Positions 1 through 9,900 of a DNA stretch of 52,002 bases are shown here, piece after piece (position 1 is the stretch's first letter; each line of letters begins with the position of its first letter). The stretch comes from a virus (Duplodnaviria; Caudoviricetes): positions 1 to 52,002 of the IMG/VR virus record IMGVR_UViG_3300033998_000186, one strand, 5' to 3'. Both the position numbers and the translations under genes were made by a program. The notes under the pieces are model-generated. The model was given only the letters and a program-made list of their open reading frames with translations. It searched no databases and had not been told where the DNA came from.

Positions 1-2
1 CT

Positions 3-203
3 ATAAAAAAAGCCGAAGCAGTAGCAGAAGCAAAACGTGTACAGACAATACTGGAAGCGTCTGAAGAACAATGGCAGGCTGCTGCTTGGTATCTTGAACG
101 TCGATACCCAGATAGATGGGGGAAGAAGGTAAATGTTGATGGCAACTTAGGCGTTCAAATAGTAGATGACATAGAAGATGATGCCGATGATGCCGACAGT
201 TAA
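3..203 (+). CDS. Terminase small subunit, 3' part (truncated by window start)
   Basis: Manual translation IKKAEAVAEAKRVQ...WQAAAWYLERRYPDRWGKK...DDADS*; overlaps the terL start; the ERRYP.RWG motif is shared with the 35279 ORF. Confidence 0.75.
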   Translation: MKKAEAVAEAKRVQTILEASEEQWQAAAWYLERRYPDRWGKKVNVDGNLGVQIVDDIEDDADDADS

Positions 204-1434
204 ACTTAGCAGGATTATAGCACCTTCATTCTATGATGCCCATAGTGATATAAAGTATAATCGTTATACACACTATTGGCTTAAAGGCGGAAGAGGCAGT
301 ACAAAATCATCGTTTGCAAGTATAGAAATAATACTTGGCATAATGAAAGACCCACAGGCTAATGGCATTGCATTGCGCAAAGTTGGCCTATATTTGAAAG
401 AAAGCGTTTTTGAGCAACTGATATGGGCTATTGATATTTTAGGCGTGAGCAATTATTGGGATATCAAGCTAAATCCGCTGGAGCTAATCTGTATACCCAC
501 AGGCCAAAAGATAATATTCCGTGGAGCTGATAAGCCAAAAAAGATAAAATCGACAAAGCTTAGAAAAGGGTATTTTAAGTATATATGGTATGAAGAGGTT
601 GACGAATTTAACGGTATAGAAGAAATACGGACGATAAATCAGACTCTCATGCGCGGCGGCGAACAATTCACTGTATTTTACACTTACAACCCGCCTAATT
701 CAGTACGAAGCTGGGTAAATGAAGAGGTATCAATTTATAGGCCAGATAGGAAAGTGCATCATAGCACTTATTTGGCTGTTCCTAAGCCGTGGCTAGGGGA
801 ACAGTTTTTTATTGAGGCTGAACATCTTAAAAAGGTGAACGAGAAAGCATATAGACATGAATATCTTGGCGAAATAACCGGTACTGGCGGGGAAATATTT
901 ACGAATGTAACCGCGCGAAGGATAAGCGATGATGAAATAAAATCATTCGACAGGATTAAAAGGGGCCTTGATTTTGGCTATGCAGTAGACCCGGTGCATT
1001 ATGCCGTCAGCCATTTTGACAAAACAAGAAGGCGTCTTTATATATTCTATGAGATTCAAAAGGTTGGAATGAGCAATCGTAAATTAGCAGAGGCAATAAA
1101 ACGAGAAAATATCAGCAATAACGTTATAATAGCTGATAGTGCTGAACCTAAGTCTATAGCTGAGCTCAAGAGTTATGGCATAAACATCAGAGGAGCTAAA
1201 AAGGGACCTGATAGTGTAGAATATGGGATAAAGTTTCTTCAAGATTTGGAAGAGATAATAATTGATTCAGAAAGATGCCCTAATACATTAAGAGAATTTC
1301 TAAATTATGAGCTCGAGAAAGACAACAACGGCAATTTTAAGGCTGAATACCCGGATAAGAACAATCACAGCATTGACGCCATTAGGTATAGCCTTGAAAG
1401 CGAAATAAAAGGGCCTGCCATATCCTTTGATTAA
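178..1434 (+). CDS. Terminase large subunit, PBSX family
   Basis: Walker A GGRGSTKS, Walker B WYEE, YNPP, nuclease GLDFGY...D and NHSIDAIRY. Confidence 0.95.
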   Translation: MMPMMPTVKLSRIIAPSFYDAHSDIKYNRYTHYWLKGGRGSTKSSFASIEIILGIMKDPQANGIALRKVGLYLKESVFEQLIWAIDILGVSNYWDIKLNPLELICIPTGQKIIFRGADKPKKIKSTKLRKGYFKYIWYEEVDEFNGIEEIRTINQTLMRGGEQFTVFYTYNPPNSVRSWVNEEVSIYRPDRKVHHSTYLAVPKPWLGEQFFIEAEHLKKVNEKAYRHEYLGEITGTGGEIFTNVTARRISDDEIKSFDRIKRGLDFGYAVDPVHYAVSHFDKTRRRLYIFYEIQKVGMSNRKLAEAIKRENISNNVIIADSAEPKSIAELKSYGINIRGAKKGPDSVEYGIKFLQDLEEIIIDSERCPNTLREFLNYELEKDNNGNFKAEYPDKNNHSIDAIRYSLESEIKGPAISFD

Positions 1435-1448
1435 TAGGAGGTGAGAAC

Positions 1449-2897
1449 ATGACGATAATGGAAGAATTGATACGAAGAATCAAACGTGGCGCTATGACAG
1501 CAATGTCCATGGAAGATATTATCAGGCTGGAGATAACAAACTGGTTATCATCACCCGAAAGAGATTTGATGATAACAGGGCAGAAATATTACTGCGGGGA
1601 CAGCGATATTTTAAACCGTATACGCACGGTTATAGGCGATGGCGGCCAGGAGATTGCAATATCTAATCTTGCAAATAATAAGCTGGTTCACAATTTTGCA
1701 AGAAAGCTGGTTGACCAGAAGATAGGTTATATGCTTAGTAAGCCGTTATCTATCCAGACGAATAATGAGATATATCAGCAGACGTTGAATGAGATACTGG
1801 ATAAATCCTTCTTACGTGTACTGATGAACATAGGCAAAGAGGCGATAAACAAGGGCAAGGCGTGGCTGCACATATATTACGATGCGAATGGCAGGCTAAG
1901 CTTTAAAAAGATACCAAGCGAAGAGATAATACCGCTGTGGCAAGATGCTGCGCATACAGAGTTAGAAGCTGTAATAAGGATATACGATATTGAAGCATAT
2001 GAAGGCACACAAAAAACTATTATCCAGAAAGTGGAGTTTTGGGACGCGAGCGGTGTCCAGAGGTACATTTATGACGGTGGAAACCTGATACCGGATGTAG
2101 AAGCAGGAGAATTTACGAGCCATTTTATTATGATTGACGATGAAGGCAATGAGCAAGGTTATAACTGGGAGCGCATACCGTTTATATGCTTTAAATACAA
2201 TGACGAGGAGATCCCGCTTATAAAATTTGTAAAGTCACTTATAGATGATTATGACAAGCAAGCAAGTGACAACAGCAATAATCTCGAGGACTTGCCTAAT
2301 TCTATATATGTCATAAAGAATTACGACGGCACGGATTTGGGCGAATTCAGGCGCAATCTCTCAGTGTTCAGGGCTGTAAAAGTTACTGATGAAGGCGGCG
2401 TGGATACGCTTTCAATAGACTTTAATGTCGATGCCTTCAAGACGCATATGGACATGCTCAGAAAGGATATATATGAGTTTGGCCGAGGTGTTGATACGCA
2501 GTCGGAAAAGTTCGGCGGTGATAAATCAGGTGTAGCGCTCAAGTTTTTGTATGCTGATCTGGATATGGACTGCAATATCATTGAAACGGAGTTCCAGGCG
2601 TCACTAGAGCAACTCCGGTGGTTCATTGACCGGCATATAGCAAATACAACAGGCCAGGATTTTTCAGATGAAGTGGTAGACTTTATATTCAACCGCGATA
2701 TTATCATCAACGAGACAGATGCTATACAAAACGCTAGGGCAAGCGTAGGGCTTATATCCGATGAAACGATAGTGGCCAATCATCCATGGGTAACAAATGT
2801 TCAGGAAGAGCTTGAGAGGATAGGTAAGGAGCGCCAGGCTGGCATTTATACTTATCAGGAATTTGGCCAAAACAACGCAGAGGCTGATACCGCATGA
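1449..2897 (+). CDS. Portal protein, SPP1 gp6-like
   Basis: Follows terL; 482 aa; motifs NNKLVHNF, IPFICFKYN, SGVALKFLY. Confidence 0.92.
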   Translation: MTIMEELIRRIKRGAMTAMSMEDIIRLEITNWLSSPERDLMITGQKYYCGDSDILNRIRTVIGDGGQEIAISNLANNKLVHNFARKLVDQKIGYMLSKPLSIQTNNEIYQQTLNEILDKSFLRVLMNIGKEAINKGKAWLHIYYDANGRLSFKKIPSEEIIPLWQDAAHTELEAVIRIYDIEAYEGTQKTIIQKVEFWDASGVQRYIYDGGNLIPDVEAGEFTSHFIMIDDEGNEQGYNWERIPFICFKYNDEEIPLIKFVKSLIDDYDKQASDNSNNLEDLPNSIYVIKNYDGTDLGEFRRNLSVFRAVKVTDEGGVDTLSIDFNVDAFKTHMDMLRKDIYEFGRGVDTQSEKFGGDKSGVALKFLYADLDMDCNIIETEFQASLEQLRWFIDRHIANTTGQDFSDEVVDFIFNRDIIINETDAIQNARASVGLISDETIVANHPWVTNVQEELERIGKERQAGIYTYQEFGQNNAEADTA

Positions 2898-3922
2898 ATA
2901 ATCAGGAATATTGGCGAAAGCGCAGTGAAGAGATAGCTGCGCTACAGTTCAATAAATCAGATGAATATGCAGCAAAACTCCAGAAAGAGTACGAGAAGGC
3001 TGTAGTTTCAATACAGCGCGATCTGGAAGTTTTCTATGAGCGCTATGCTGAAAATAATGAAATCAGTATGGCCGAGGCAAGAAAATTGCTCAACAGTAAA
3101 GAGCTCAATGAATTTCGCTTAACGGTTGAGGAATTTATTGAGAAAGCTAAAGACAATGCTGACGGGCGATGGACTAAAGAATTAAATAACATCTACTTTA
3201 AGACGCGCATCAGCCGATTAGAAGCTCTCTTAACGCAAATAAGACAGCAGGCGGAGATGGTAGCCGGAAATACTTATAAAAGCACGACGGCCCTGCTGCA
3301 AGATGTTTATACGGATACTTATTACAGAACGCTGTTTGAGGTGCAAAAAGGAACAGGCATCGGCGTGTCTTTCGCTAAAGTGAATGACAAAGCATTAAGT
3401 AAGGTTTTGCAGACAAGATGGATTGGCGAAAATTACAGCGAACGCATATGGGGGAACCGAGATAAGCTGGTTTACGAACTTCAAACAAAACTGTCACAGT
3501 CATTCATACGTGGAGACAGCGTAGATCGCGCGGCTAAAGCATTGGCGGAGAGAATGAATGTGTCATATTCGAATGCTGCCCGGATTGTAAATACCGAAAG
3601 CAGTTTTATAGCGCATCAAGCCACAGCAGATAGTTATGAAGCAAGCGGCATAATCAAGCAATATGAATATTTGGCCACGTTGGATAACAGGACAAGCGAA
3701 ATTTGCAGGAGCATGGATGGCAAAGTATTTAATTTGAGCGATAAACAGGTAGGCATAAATTGGCCGCCGCTTCACCCAAATTGCAGGTCAACAACAGTCC
3801 CATACTTTGGGGACGAGGAAGATATAGGCGAGCGCATTGCCAGAGATGCTTCAGGCAAAACATATTATGTACCGGGGAATATGACATATGAACGATGGTA
3901 TGACAAATATGTGACGAAGTAA
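2894..3922 (+). CDS. Minor head protein, SPP1 gp7/MuF family (short form)
   Basis: ATLDNRTSEIC...PPLHPNCRS motif; follows portal. Confidence 0.9.
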   Translation: MNNQEYWRKRSEEIAALQFNKSDEYAAKLQKEYEKAVVSIQRDLEVFYERYAENNEISMAEARKLLNSKELNEFRLTVEEFIEKAKDNADGRWTKELNNIYFKTRISRLEALLTQIRQQAEMVAGNTYKSTTALLQDVYTDTYYRTLFEVQKGTGIGVSFAKVNDKALSKVLQTRWIGENYSERIWGNRDKLVYELQTKLSQSFIRGDSVDRAAKALAERMNVSYSNAARIVNTESSFIAHQATADSYEASGIIKQYEYLATLDNRTSEICRSMDGKVFNLSDKQVGINWPPLHPNCRSTTVPYFGDEEDIGERIARDASGKTYYVPGNMTYERWYDKYVTK

Positions 3923-3924
3923 AA

Positions 3925-3995
3925 ACGCCGTTTTGGTATTGTCGGCGTAAAACAACAAGACATCACCGGACGCGACCGGGATAAAAAAGCGAAGA
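3925..3995 (+). promoter_or_regulatory. Putative structured leader RNA upstream of the GP20 scaffold gene
   Basis: Stem acgccg/cggcgt (3925-3948) and stem ccgg/ccgg (3966-3979), each followed by an A-run and bases able to pair with the loop. Confidence 0.45.
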
Positions 3996-4015
3996 TGAAA
4001 GGAGATAATCAAGTT

Positions 4016-4594
4016 ATGGATTTTAAGAAATTATTGGCAGATAAAGGGTTGACCGAGGAACAAATTAACGACATAGTAAAAGCTCTGGAAGAACAGGGTT
4101 ATATACCTAAACATCGTTTTGATGAGGTTAACGAAGCTAAAAAATCATTGGAAGAACAGATCGCCGAGAGAGACAAGCAGCTTGCCGAGCTTAAAAAAGC
4201 GGTCGGAGATAATGAGGCTTTAAAACAGCAGATAGAAAAGCTGCAAAGCGAGAACAAAACAAAAGATGTTGAATATCAGGCTAAACTGAAAGACATGGCC
4301 GTAACTACCGCTATTAAATTAGCTGTTGCAGCAGACGCCCATGATCCAGATTTAATCACGACATTGCTTGATAAAAACAAGATTGAGCTTGATGATAAGG
4401 GCAATATTAAAGCGGGTCTTGACGAACAGCTTAAAGCTTTGCGGGAAAGCAAGGCTTTTTTGTTTAAGCAAAAAGAACCAGAGGTAAAACAACCTTCATT
4501 TAAAGGGATAGCGCCGGCTGATGGTAAAGATTCAGTACCTCTTGGTGAAACAGAACAGGTTGCAAAAACAATAAGAGAAAACTTAGGATTTTAA
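4016..4594 (+). CDS. Scaffolding protein, Phage_GP20 family
   Basis: YIPKHRFDEVNE coiled-coil signature, directly before capsid; ATG 4016 follows AAAGGAG. Confidence 0.85.
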   Translation: MDFKKLLADKGLTEEQINDIVKALEEQGYIPKHRFDEVNEAKKSLEEQIAERDKQLAELKKAVGDNEALKQQIEKLQSENKTKDVEYQAKLKDMAVTTAIKLAVAADAHDPDLITTLLDKNKIELDDKGNIKAGLDEQLKALRESKAFLFKQKEPEVKQPSFKGIAPADGKDSVPLGETEQVAKTIRENLGF

Positions 4595-4611
4595 AGAAAG
4601 GATGTTGAATA

Positions 4612-5535
4612 ATGGCTAATATATTAGAATATGCAAAACTATTTCAGCAGCAATTAGATGAACAAGTAGTGGCTCAGGCCACATCTGGATGGATGGAAGC
4701 AAATGCTGGCCTTGTCAGATACAATGGCGGCAATGAGGTAAAGATACCGGTCATTAGTATGGATGGTTTGGGAGATTATGATAGGAATAACGGATTTGTT
4801 GAAGGCGCCGTTAACCTGACATATGAAACAAAGACCTTGACCCAGGACCGCGGCAGGACTTTCATGCTTGACAGGATGGATGTCGACGAGACCAACTTCG
4901 TAGCCACAGCAGCTAATGTTATGGGCGAGTTTCAGAGGACTAAGGTTATACCCGAGATAGACGCTTACAGATACAGCAAAATAGCAACAGATGCAATTGC
5001 GAAAAGCGCTGCCAGCGGCGGATATACTCCGGCTGCGAGCGATATACTGACTAAGTTAAAGGCTGACATATACAGTATATATGACGTTGCTGGAGAAGTC
5101 CCGCTTGTTATAATAATGAGCATGACCGTAGCTGCTATATTAGAAAACTCTACAGAACTTTCTAAGCAGCTTAGCGTCATAGACTTTACCCAAGGGCAAG
5201 TTAAGACTTCTGTTCGTGGAATAGATAATAATCCTATAATCAAGGTTCCGTCAACGAGAATGAAAACAAAATATGTATTCTATGATGGCAAGACAAGCGG
5301 CCAAGAAGCAGGCGGATTTACACCGGATGCCACAGCAAAGAATATAAACTGGATCATAATGCCGAGAACTGCGCCTATAGCCGTATCCAAGACTGACAAC
5401 ATAAGGATATTTGAGCCTAATCTGAATCAAAAGGCTGATGCGTGGAAGATCGATTACCGCAAATATCATGACCTCTGGATAAAGGATAACCAATTTGCCG
5501 CAATAAAAGTAAATATCAAAGAAGCATTGGCATAG
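4612..5535 (+). CDS. Major capsid protein
   Basis: 307 aa after scaffold; GGNEVKIP, QDRGRTF.LD.MDVDET, IPEIDAYRYS, YRKYHDLWI. Confidence 0.9.
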   Translation: MANILEYAKLFQQQLDEQVVAQATSGWMEANAGLVRYNGGNEVKIPVISMDGLGDYDRNNGFVEGAVNLTYETKTLTQDRGRTFMLDRMDVDETNFVATAANVMGEFQRTKVIPEIDAYRYSKIATDAIAKSAASGGYTPAASDILTKLKADIYSIYDVAGEVPLVIIMSMTVAAILENSTELSKQLSVIDFTQGQVKTSVRGIDNNPIIKVPSTRMKTKYVFYDGKTSGQEAGGFTPDATAKNINWIIMPRTAPIAVSKTDNIRIFEPNLNQKADAWKIDYRKYHDLWIKDNQFAAIKVNIKEALA

Positions 5536-5548
5536 GCGGTGATGCTGC

Positions 5549-5719
5549 ATGTTTAAGCTTGAAAACGGCAATGTTGTAAAAATAGTGGCGACTGAGCAGG
5601 AGAAAAACAAGCTGATATCAAAGGGTTTTATAGAAGTGCCACCCGATGATGAAACCGGAGGTGGGCGAAGTGGAAAGGTTAGAAAAGCTAAAGCTGATAC
5701 TGGGGATAGAGGGCATTGA
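5549..5719 (+). CDS. Small hypothetical protein (56 aa) after capsid
   Basis: Manual translation MFKLENGNVVKIVATEQEKNKLISKGFIEV...; below the ORF-track cutoff; fills the capsid-connector gap. Confidence 0.6.
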   Translation: MFKLENGNVVKIVATEQEKNKLISKGFIEVPPDDETGGGRSGKVRKAKADTGDRGH

Positions 5720-5969
5720 CCAAGATGCCCTCTTGTCATATCTGCTGCAAACGACAGAAAGCTTTATATTGAATTATTGCAACATAGGTGCCTTGCCTGC
5801 CGAGCTTGAAGACGCATTGGTTGAGATGGCAGCTGATAAATATAAAATGCAGGATGGGGTATCAGATATTAAGATAGGTGACACATCTATAAGCTATGCT
5901 GATGCAAGCGATATAAGCCCAGAGTATAAGGTCCAGCTCAACCGTTTCAGGAGGCTCAAATTAATATGA
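5670..5969 (+). CDS. Head-tail connector (gp6/gp15-like)
   Basis: LEKLKLILGI...ILNYCN...IKIGDTSISY; GTG start 8 nt after GGAGG. Confidence 0.8.
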   Translation: MERLEKLKLILGIEGIDQDALLSYLLQTTESFILNYCNIGALPAELEDALVEMAADKYKMQDGVSDIKIGDTSISYADASDISPEYKVQLNRFRRLKLI

Positions 5970-6319
5970 TGAATAGACATAGGCAGGCCATAGAAAAGAT
6001 GTATATTGATGTTGCTACCATCATGCGGCTTGTGGAAACAGAAACTGACTGGGGCGAAACAAGGCTGACAGAAGAAGAAGTATATAGCGCCGCGCCATGC
6101 CGGATATCACAAAAAGCATTAGGCACGAACGGACAAACTGAGACGGTAAACCAGATTGCTTATGAGACAAAGCTGTTTATAGCACCAGATATAGACATCA
6201 AACAAGGCGATGTAGTTCAAGTCACAAGGCAAGGCAACACCAGAGTATATACAGCAGGTGAACCGTTCATCTATCCGACGCATCAGGAGGTAAGCTTGCA
6301 ACGGAAGGATAATGCATGA
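5966..6319 (+). CDS. Head closure protein (XkdH-like)
   Basis: Synteny; PCRIS, KLFIAPDIDIKQGD, YPTHQEV. Confidence 0.75.
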   Translation: MMNRHRQAIEKMYIDVATIMRLVETETDWGETRLTEEEVYSAAPCRISQKALGTNGQTETVNQIAYETKLFIAPDIDIKQGDVVQVTRQGNTRVYTAGEPFIYPTHQEVSLQRKDNA

Positions 6320-6762
6320 TGGCCAAATGGGGAAAGTTTGATTTTAGCGAATTTGAAGCTTTTGTCGACAGATTCCAAAAGGCATTGGACAACCAGACAA
6401 TAGACAGGTTTATACGTGATTTTCTCTTGGAAATGGCTTTTAGAGGTGGGCGCAAGATAAAAAAGAGAACCCCAGTGGGCGTATATCCTGCGGGTTCAGG
6501 AAGGACGGGTGGTAATTTAAGGCGCAATTGGCGAGTTGGAAATGTTGAAAAGCATGGCGATGCCTATGTAGTGGAAATATACAATAATACAGAATATGCG
6601 AGCTTCGTGGAGTATGGCCACAGAGCCGGTAAGAACTCGGTAAAATGGGTGGAAGGGCGTTTTATGATGACCATATCAATGCAGGAGATTGAGCGTGAGC
6701 TGCCCAGGTATCTGGATAAGCGAATGGCCGAACTGCTCAATAATATTATGAACGGGCGGTGA
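6316..6762 (+). CDS. HK97 gp10-like neck protein
   Basis: RTPVG...GNLRRNW...NNTEYASFVEYGHR. Confidence 0.85.
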   Translation: MMAKWGKFDFSEFEAFVDRFQKALDNQTIDRFIRDFLLEMAFRGGRKIKKRTPVGVYPAGSGRTGGNLRRNWRVGNVEKHGDAYVVEIYNNTEYASFVEYGHRAGKNSVKWVEGRFMMTISMQEIERELPRYLDKRMAELLNNIMNGR

Positions 6763-6766
6763 GATA

Positions 6767-7189
6767 GTGACAATCAATGATGTGATTCATGGTATTATGG
6801 CTGCGCTAAAACAGCATTTCCCGAATATAAAGATATATGGCGAAGAAATCCAAGAAGGGTTTCAAGCACCATGTTTCTTCGTGAAAGTATTTCCAGTAAG
6901 CCATATGCGCGAACGAGGAAGGCGCTATTTGCGTTCTCATGCAGTTGACATTCATTATTTCCCAGCCACAACTTACGCTAACAATGAAATGCATGATATG
7001 GCCGAAAAATTGTATGAGGCTATGGAATATGTTGCAGTTAATGGGCAGATATGCCGCGCTACTGAGATGAATCATGAGATTATCGATGGCGTGCTCCATT
7101 TTTATGCTCAATACAATTTTCATATGATGCGTGAGGCCGAGGAAGAACCGGTGATGCAAGATTTAACACAGGAGGGATATGTTAAATGA
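6767..7189 (+). CDS. Tail terminator protein
   Basis: IYGEEIQEGFQAPCFFV...IIDGVLHF; lies before sheath. Confidence 0.75.
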   Translation: MTINDVIHGIMAALKQHFPNIKIYGEEIQEGFQAPCFFVKVFPVSHMRERGRRYLRSHAVDIHYFPATTYANNEMHDMAEKLYEAMEYVAVNGQICRATEMNHEIIDGVLHFYAQYNFHMMREAEEEPVMQDLTQEGYVK

Positions 7190-7356
7190 GCAAAGAAGAC
7201 AATATTAATGCTTATACCAAGGAACAGCTATTGCAGTCAAAACAATTCACAGAAATAGAAAAAGATGCGTTGCGAGTTTTATTAAACGGTACCACTTATA
7301 CAATAGACGAAGCAAAGAAAATATTAGATGAATTTAAAAACAGGAAGGTGGAATAA
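7186..7356 (+). CDS. Small protein (56 aa) preceding tail sheath
   Basis: Manual translation MSKEDNINAYTKEQLLQSKQF...YTIDEAKKILDEFKNRKVE*; ATGA overlap with the upstream gene. Confidence 0.7.
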   Translation: MSKEDNINAYTKEQLLQSKQFTEIEKDALRVLLNGTTYTIDEAKKILDEFKNRKVE

Positions 7357-7359
7357 AGA

Positions 7360-8667
7360 ATGGCAGCTGGAACATGGCTTACTCAAAATAAGGTTAGGCC
7401 AGGTGTGTATATTAATTTTGAAAGCGTTGCTAAACCGCTTGGCTCTTTAGGAGACAGAGGCGTTGTAACCATGCCGCTATTGCTATCATGGGGGCCTCCA
7501 AAGCAAATTATAAAGATTGAAGCTGGAGCAGATACATTCGATGTGCTCGGGTATGGCATAAATGATCTGCTATTGGTGCGCGAAGCGTTAAAAAAAGCAA
7601 AAACGCTGCTGTTATACAGATTGAATACAGGGACTAAAGCGTCTGCTACCATTGGAACGCTGACCGCTACTGCTAAGTATGGCGGAATAAGAGGCAATGA
7701 TATAAGCATAACGATACAGGTCAACGTAGATGATCCTGCAAAATATGATATAAAGACGCTAGTAGATGGTAATGAAGTTGATGCTCAAACAGTATCAGCT
7801 ATATCAGGTTTGCAGGACAATGATTGGGTAGTGTTTTCCGGTACGGGCAGTCTGGAAGCTGCCGCAGGCGTACCATTGCAAGGCGGCGCTGACGGCACTG
7901 TTAGCAATCAAGATTATATGGACTATCTTGCCGCGATTGAAGTACAGGATTTTAACACAATGGCTTTGCCTTCGGACGACGCTTCGTCAAAATCGCTTAT
8001 AGCTGCTTTTATAAAACGCGTGCGAGATGAGGGTAAAAAGGTTCAAGCTGTATTAGCTAATTATCCTACAGCTGATTATGAAGGCGTAATAAGCGTTAAA
8101 AACGGCGTGCTGCTGAGCGATGGCACAGTAGTAAATGCTACGCAAGCTACTGCATGGGTAGCAGGCGCTACTGCCGGAGCAAATGTAAACGAGTCGTTAA
8201 CGTATCAGGCATATGATGATGCTATAGACGTAGATGTTCGTTACACCAATACGCAGATAATTGATGCGCTAACCAACGGCGAGCTGGTGTTCGTGCCTTT
8301 AAACGGCAAGGCTGTAATAGAGCAGGATATAAATACCTTTACGAGCTATACATCCGAGAAAGGCAAGCAATTCAGCAAGAATCGTGTTGTAAGGCTGCTT
8401 GACGGTATAGCAACGGACTTTAGGCGTATATTTGAAACTTATTATATCGGCAAAATCAATAATAACGACGATGGACGCAATATCTTTAAGAATGAGTGCG
8501 TTAACTACTTGACGATGTTGCAAAACATTAGCGCGATACAAAACTTCGATTCGCAAAGCGATATAACTGTATCTCAGGGCGACGAAGCGGACAGCGTTGT
8601 AGTGGATTTGCTGATACAGCCTGTAGACAGCATAGAGAAGATATACTTTACTATAAGAATAGAGTGA
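7360..8667 (+). CDS. Contractile tail sheath protein (XkdK-like)
   Basis: MAAGTWLTQNKVRPGVYINF, FSKNRVVR, IQPVDSIEKIY. Confidence 0.93.
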   Translation: MAAGTWLTQNKVRPGVYINFESVAKPLGSLGDRGVVTMPLLLSWGPPKQIIKIEAGADTFDVLGYGINDLLLVREALKKAKTLLLYRLNTGTKASATIGTLTATAKYGGIRGNDISITIQVNVDDPAKYDIKTLVDGNEVDAQTVSAISGLQDNDWVVFSGTGSLEAAAGVPLQGGADGTVSNQDYMDYLAAIEVQDFNTMALPSDDASSKSLIAAFIKRVRDEGKKVQAVLANYPTADYEGVISVKNGVLLSDGTVVNATQATAWVAGATAGANVNESLTYQAYDDAIDVDVRYTNTQIIDALTNGELVFVPLNGKAVIEQDINTFTSYTSEKGKQFSKNRVVRLLDGIATDFRRIFETYYIGKINNNDDGRNIFKNECVNYLTMLQNISAIQNFDSQSDITVSQGDEADSVVVDLLIQPVDSIEKIYFTIRIE

Positions 8668-8677
8668 GGTGTGATAA

Positions 8678-9142
8678 ATGGCATTTTTAAAAGCTGGAGA
8701 TACGATTTCAGGGCAGGAAGGCAGAGCCTATGCTACTATCAACGGTCAAGTTGAGGAAATGTTTTATATTAAGACATTGGAAGCCAAAATAGAGAAAGAG
8801 AAATCCGAAATAAAGACTATAGGCCGTCGAGGCACTCAGCATAAGACAACCGGTTGGAGCGGGTCCGGGAGCATGACAATATATTATGTGACGTCTTTAT
8901 TCAGGCAGCTTATGCTCGACTATATAAGAACCGGCAAAGACACATACTTTGACATAACCGTAGTAAATGATGATCCGACATCGACTATAGGCAAACAGAC
9001 AGTCGCATTAAAAAGTGTGAACCTCGACAGCACAATAATGGCTAAACTGGATATAGACAGTGATTCTATGGATGAGGATATAGACTTCACTTTTGACGAT
9101 ATCGATATACTAGATAAATTCGGAAAACCAGTATTGGGATAA
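8678..9142 (+). CDS. Tail tube protein (XkdM-like)
   Basis: DTISGQEGRAY, GSGSMTIYYVTS; follows sheath. Confidence 0.92.
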   Translation: MAFLKAGDTISGQEGRAYATINGQVEEMFYIKTLEAKIEKEKSEIKTIGRRGTQHKTTGWSGSGSMTIYYVTSLFRQLMLDYIRTGKDTYFDITVVNDDPTSTIGKQTVALKSVNLDSTIMAKLDIDSDSMDEDIDFTFDDIDILDKFGKPVLG

Positions 9143-9158
9143 GAAAGAGGGATGATGG

Positions 9159-9578
9159 ATGAGCAGTTTACAGGAATTTTTAAACGTAAATCCGGTCGAT
9201 AATGTAACAGCTGATGTGGCCATATCCGATCGCTTCAAAGACAAAGACGGTAATATGCTGAAGTTTAAGATAAAGGCCATGACTAATGATGAGTTTGAGG
9301 AAATAAGAAAAGCAGCTGCGAGCATAAGCACTAAAAAAGGCAAACGTTCAATTAGCTTTGATACAAAGCGCTTTAACGAGCTGGTAGTTATAAACAACAC
9401 CATTGACCCGAACTTTAAAGATGCTGAAAGTATAAAGAAGCTGGGCTGTATAACGCCTGAGCAATATCTTAATAAAGTGTTGCTGGCAGGAGAAATAGTG
9501 GAGTTATCACAGCAGATACAGACATTAAGCGGATTCGAGCTTGAGATTGATGAGCTGGTAGAAGAAGCAAAAAACTAA
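9159..9578 (+). CDS. Tail assembly chaperone (XkdN-like)
   Basis: ISDRFKD...PNFKDAE...LLAGE...SGF; ends in slippery A AAA AAC. Confidence 0.88.
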   Translation: MSSLQEFLNVNPVDNVTADVAISDRFKDKDGNMLKFKIKAMTNDEFEEIRKAAASISTKKGKRSISFDTKRFNELVVINNTIDPNFKDAESIKKLGCITPEQYLNKVLLAGEIVELSQQIQTLSGFELEIDELVEEAKN

Positions 9579-9751
9579 TCAAAGAGGGCGATGGCGATTG
9601 GAACTATGCCTATTACGCCCTCTTTAAATTCAATCTGATGCCATGGGATTTTGCCAATCTGAACATACGCGAAAAAGCAGTACTTATCGCTATGATTGAT
9701 ATTGGCGTCGAGGAAGAAAAAAAGCATACCTCCAAAGGGCCCAAAAAATAA
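9569..9751 (+). CDS. -1 frameshift extension of the tail chaperone (gpGT-like)
   Basis: A AAA AAC at 9569-9575; -1 frame open: KLIKEGDGDWNYAYYALFKFNLMPWDF...EKAVLIAMID...*. Confidence 0.75.
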   Translation, partial: KKLIKEGDGDWNYAYYALFKFNLMPWDFANLNIREKAVLIAMIDIGVEEEKKHTSKGPKK

Positions 9752-9900
9752 AGTTGTTTTACATTATATATGTTATAATAAAGTTAGCAAAATATAATTA
9801 GGAGGTGCTCTTTATGGACCCAGGGCTAAAGAACTTGCCGCGTTCCTAAACAAAGTAATACCGCAGGTGTTTTTTATTGCTCAGAAAGGCAGGTGAGGAA

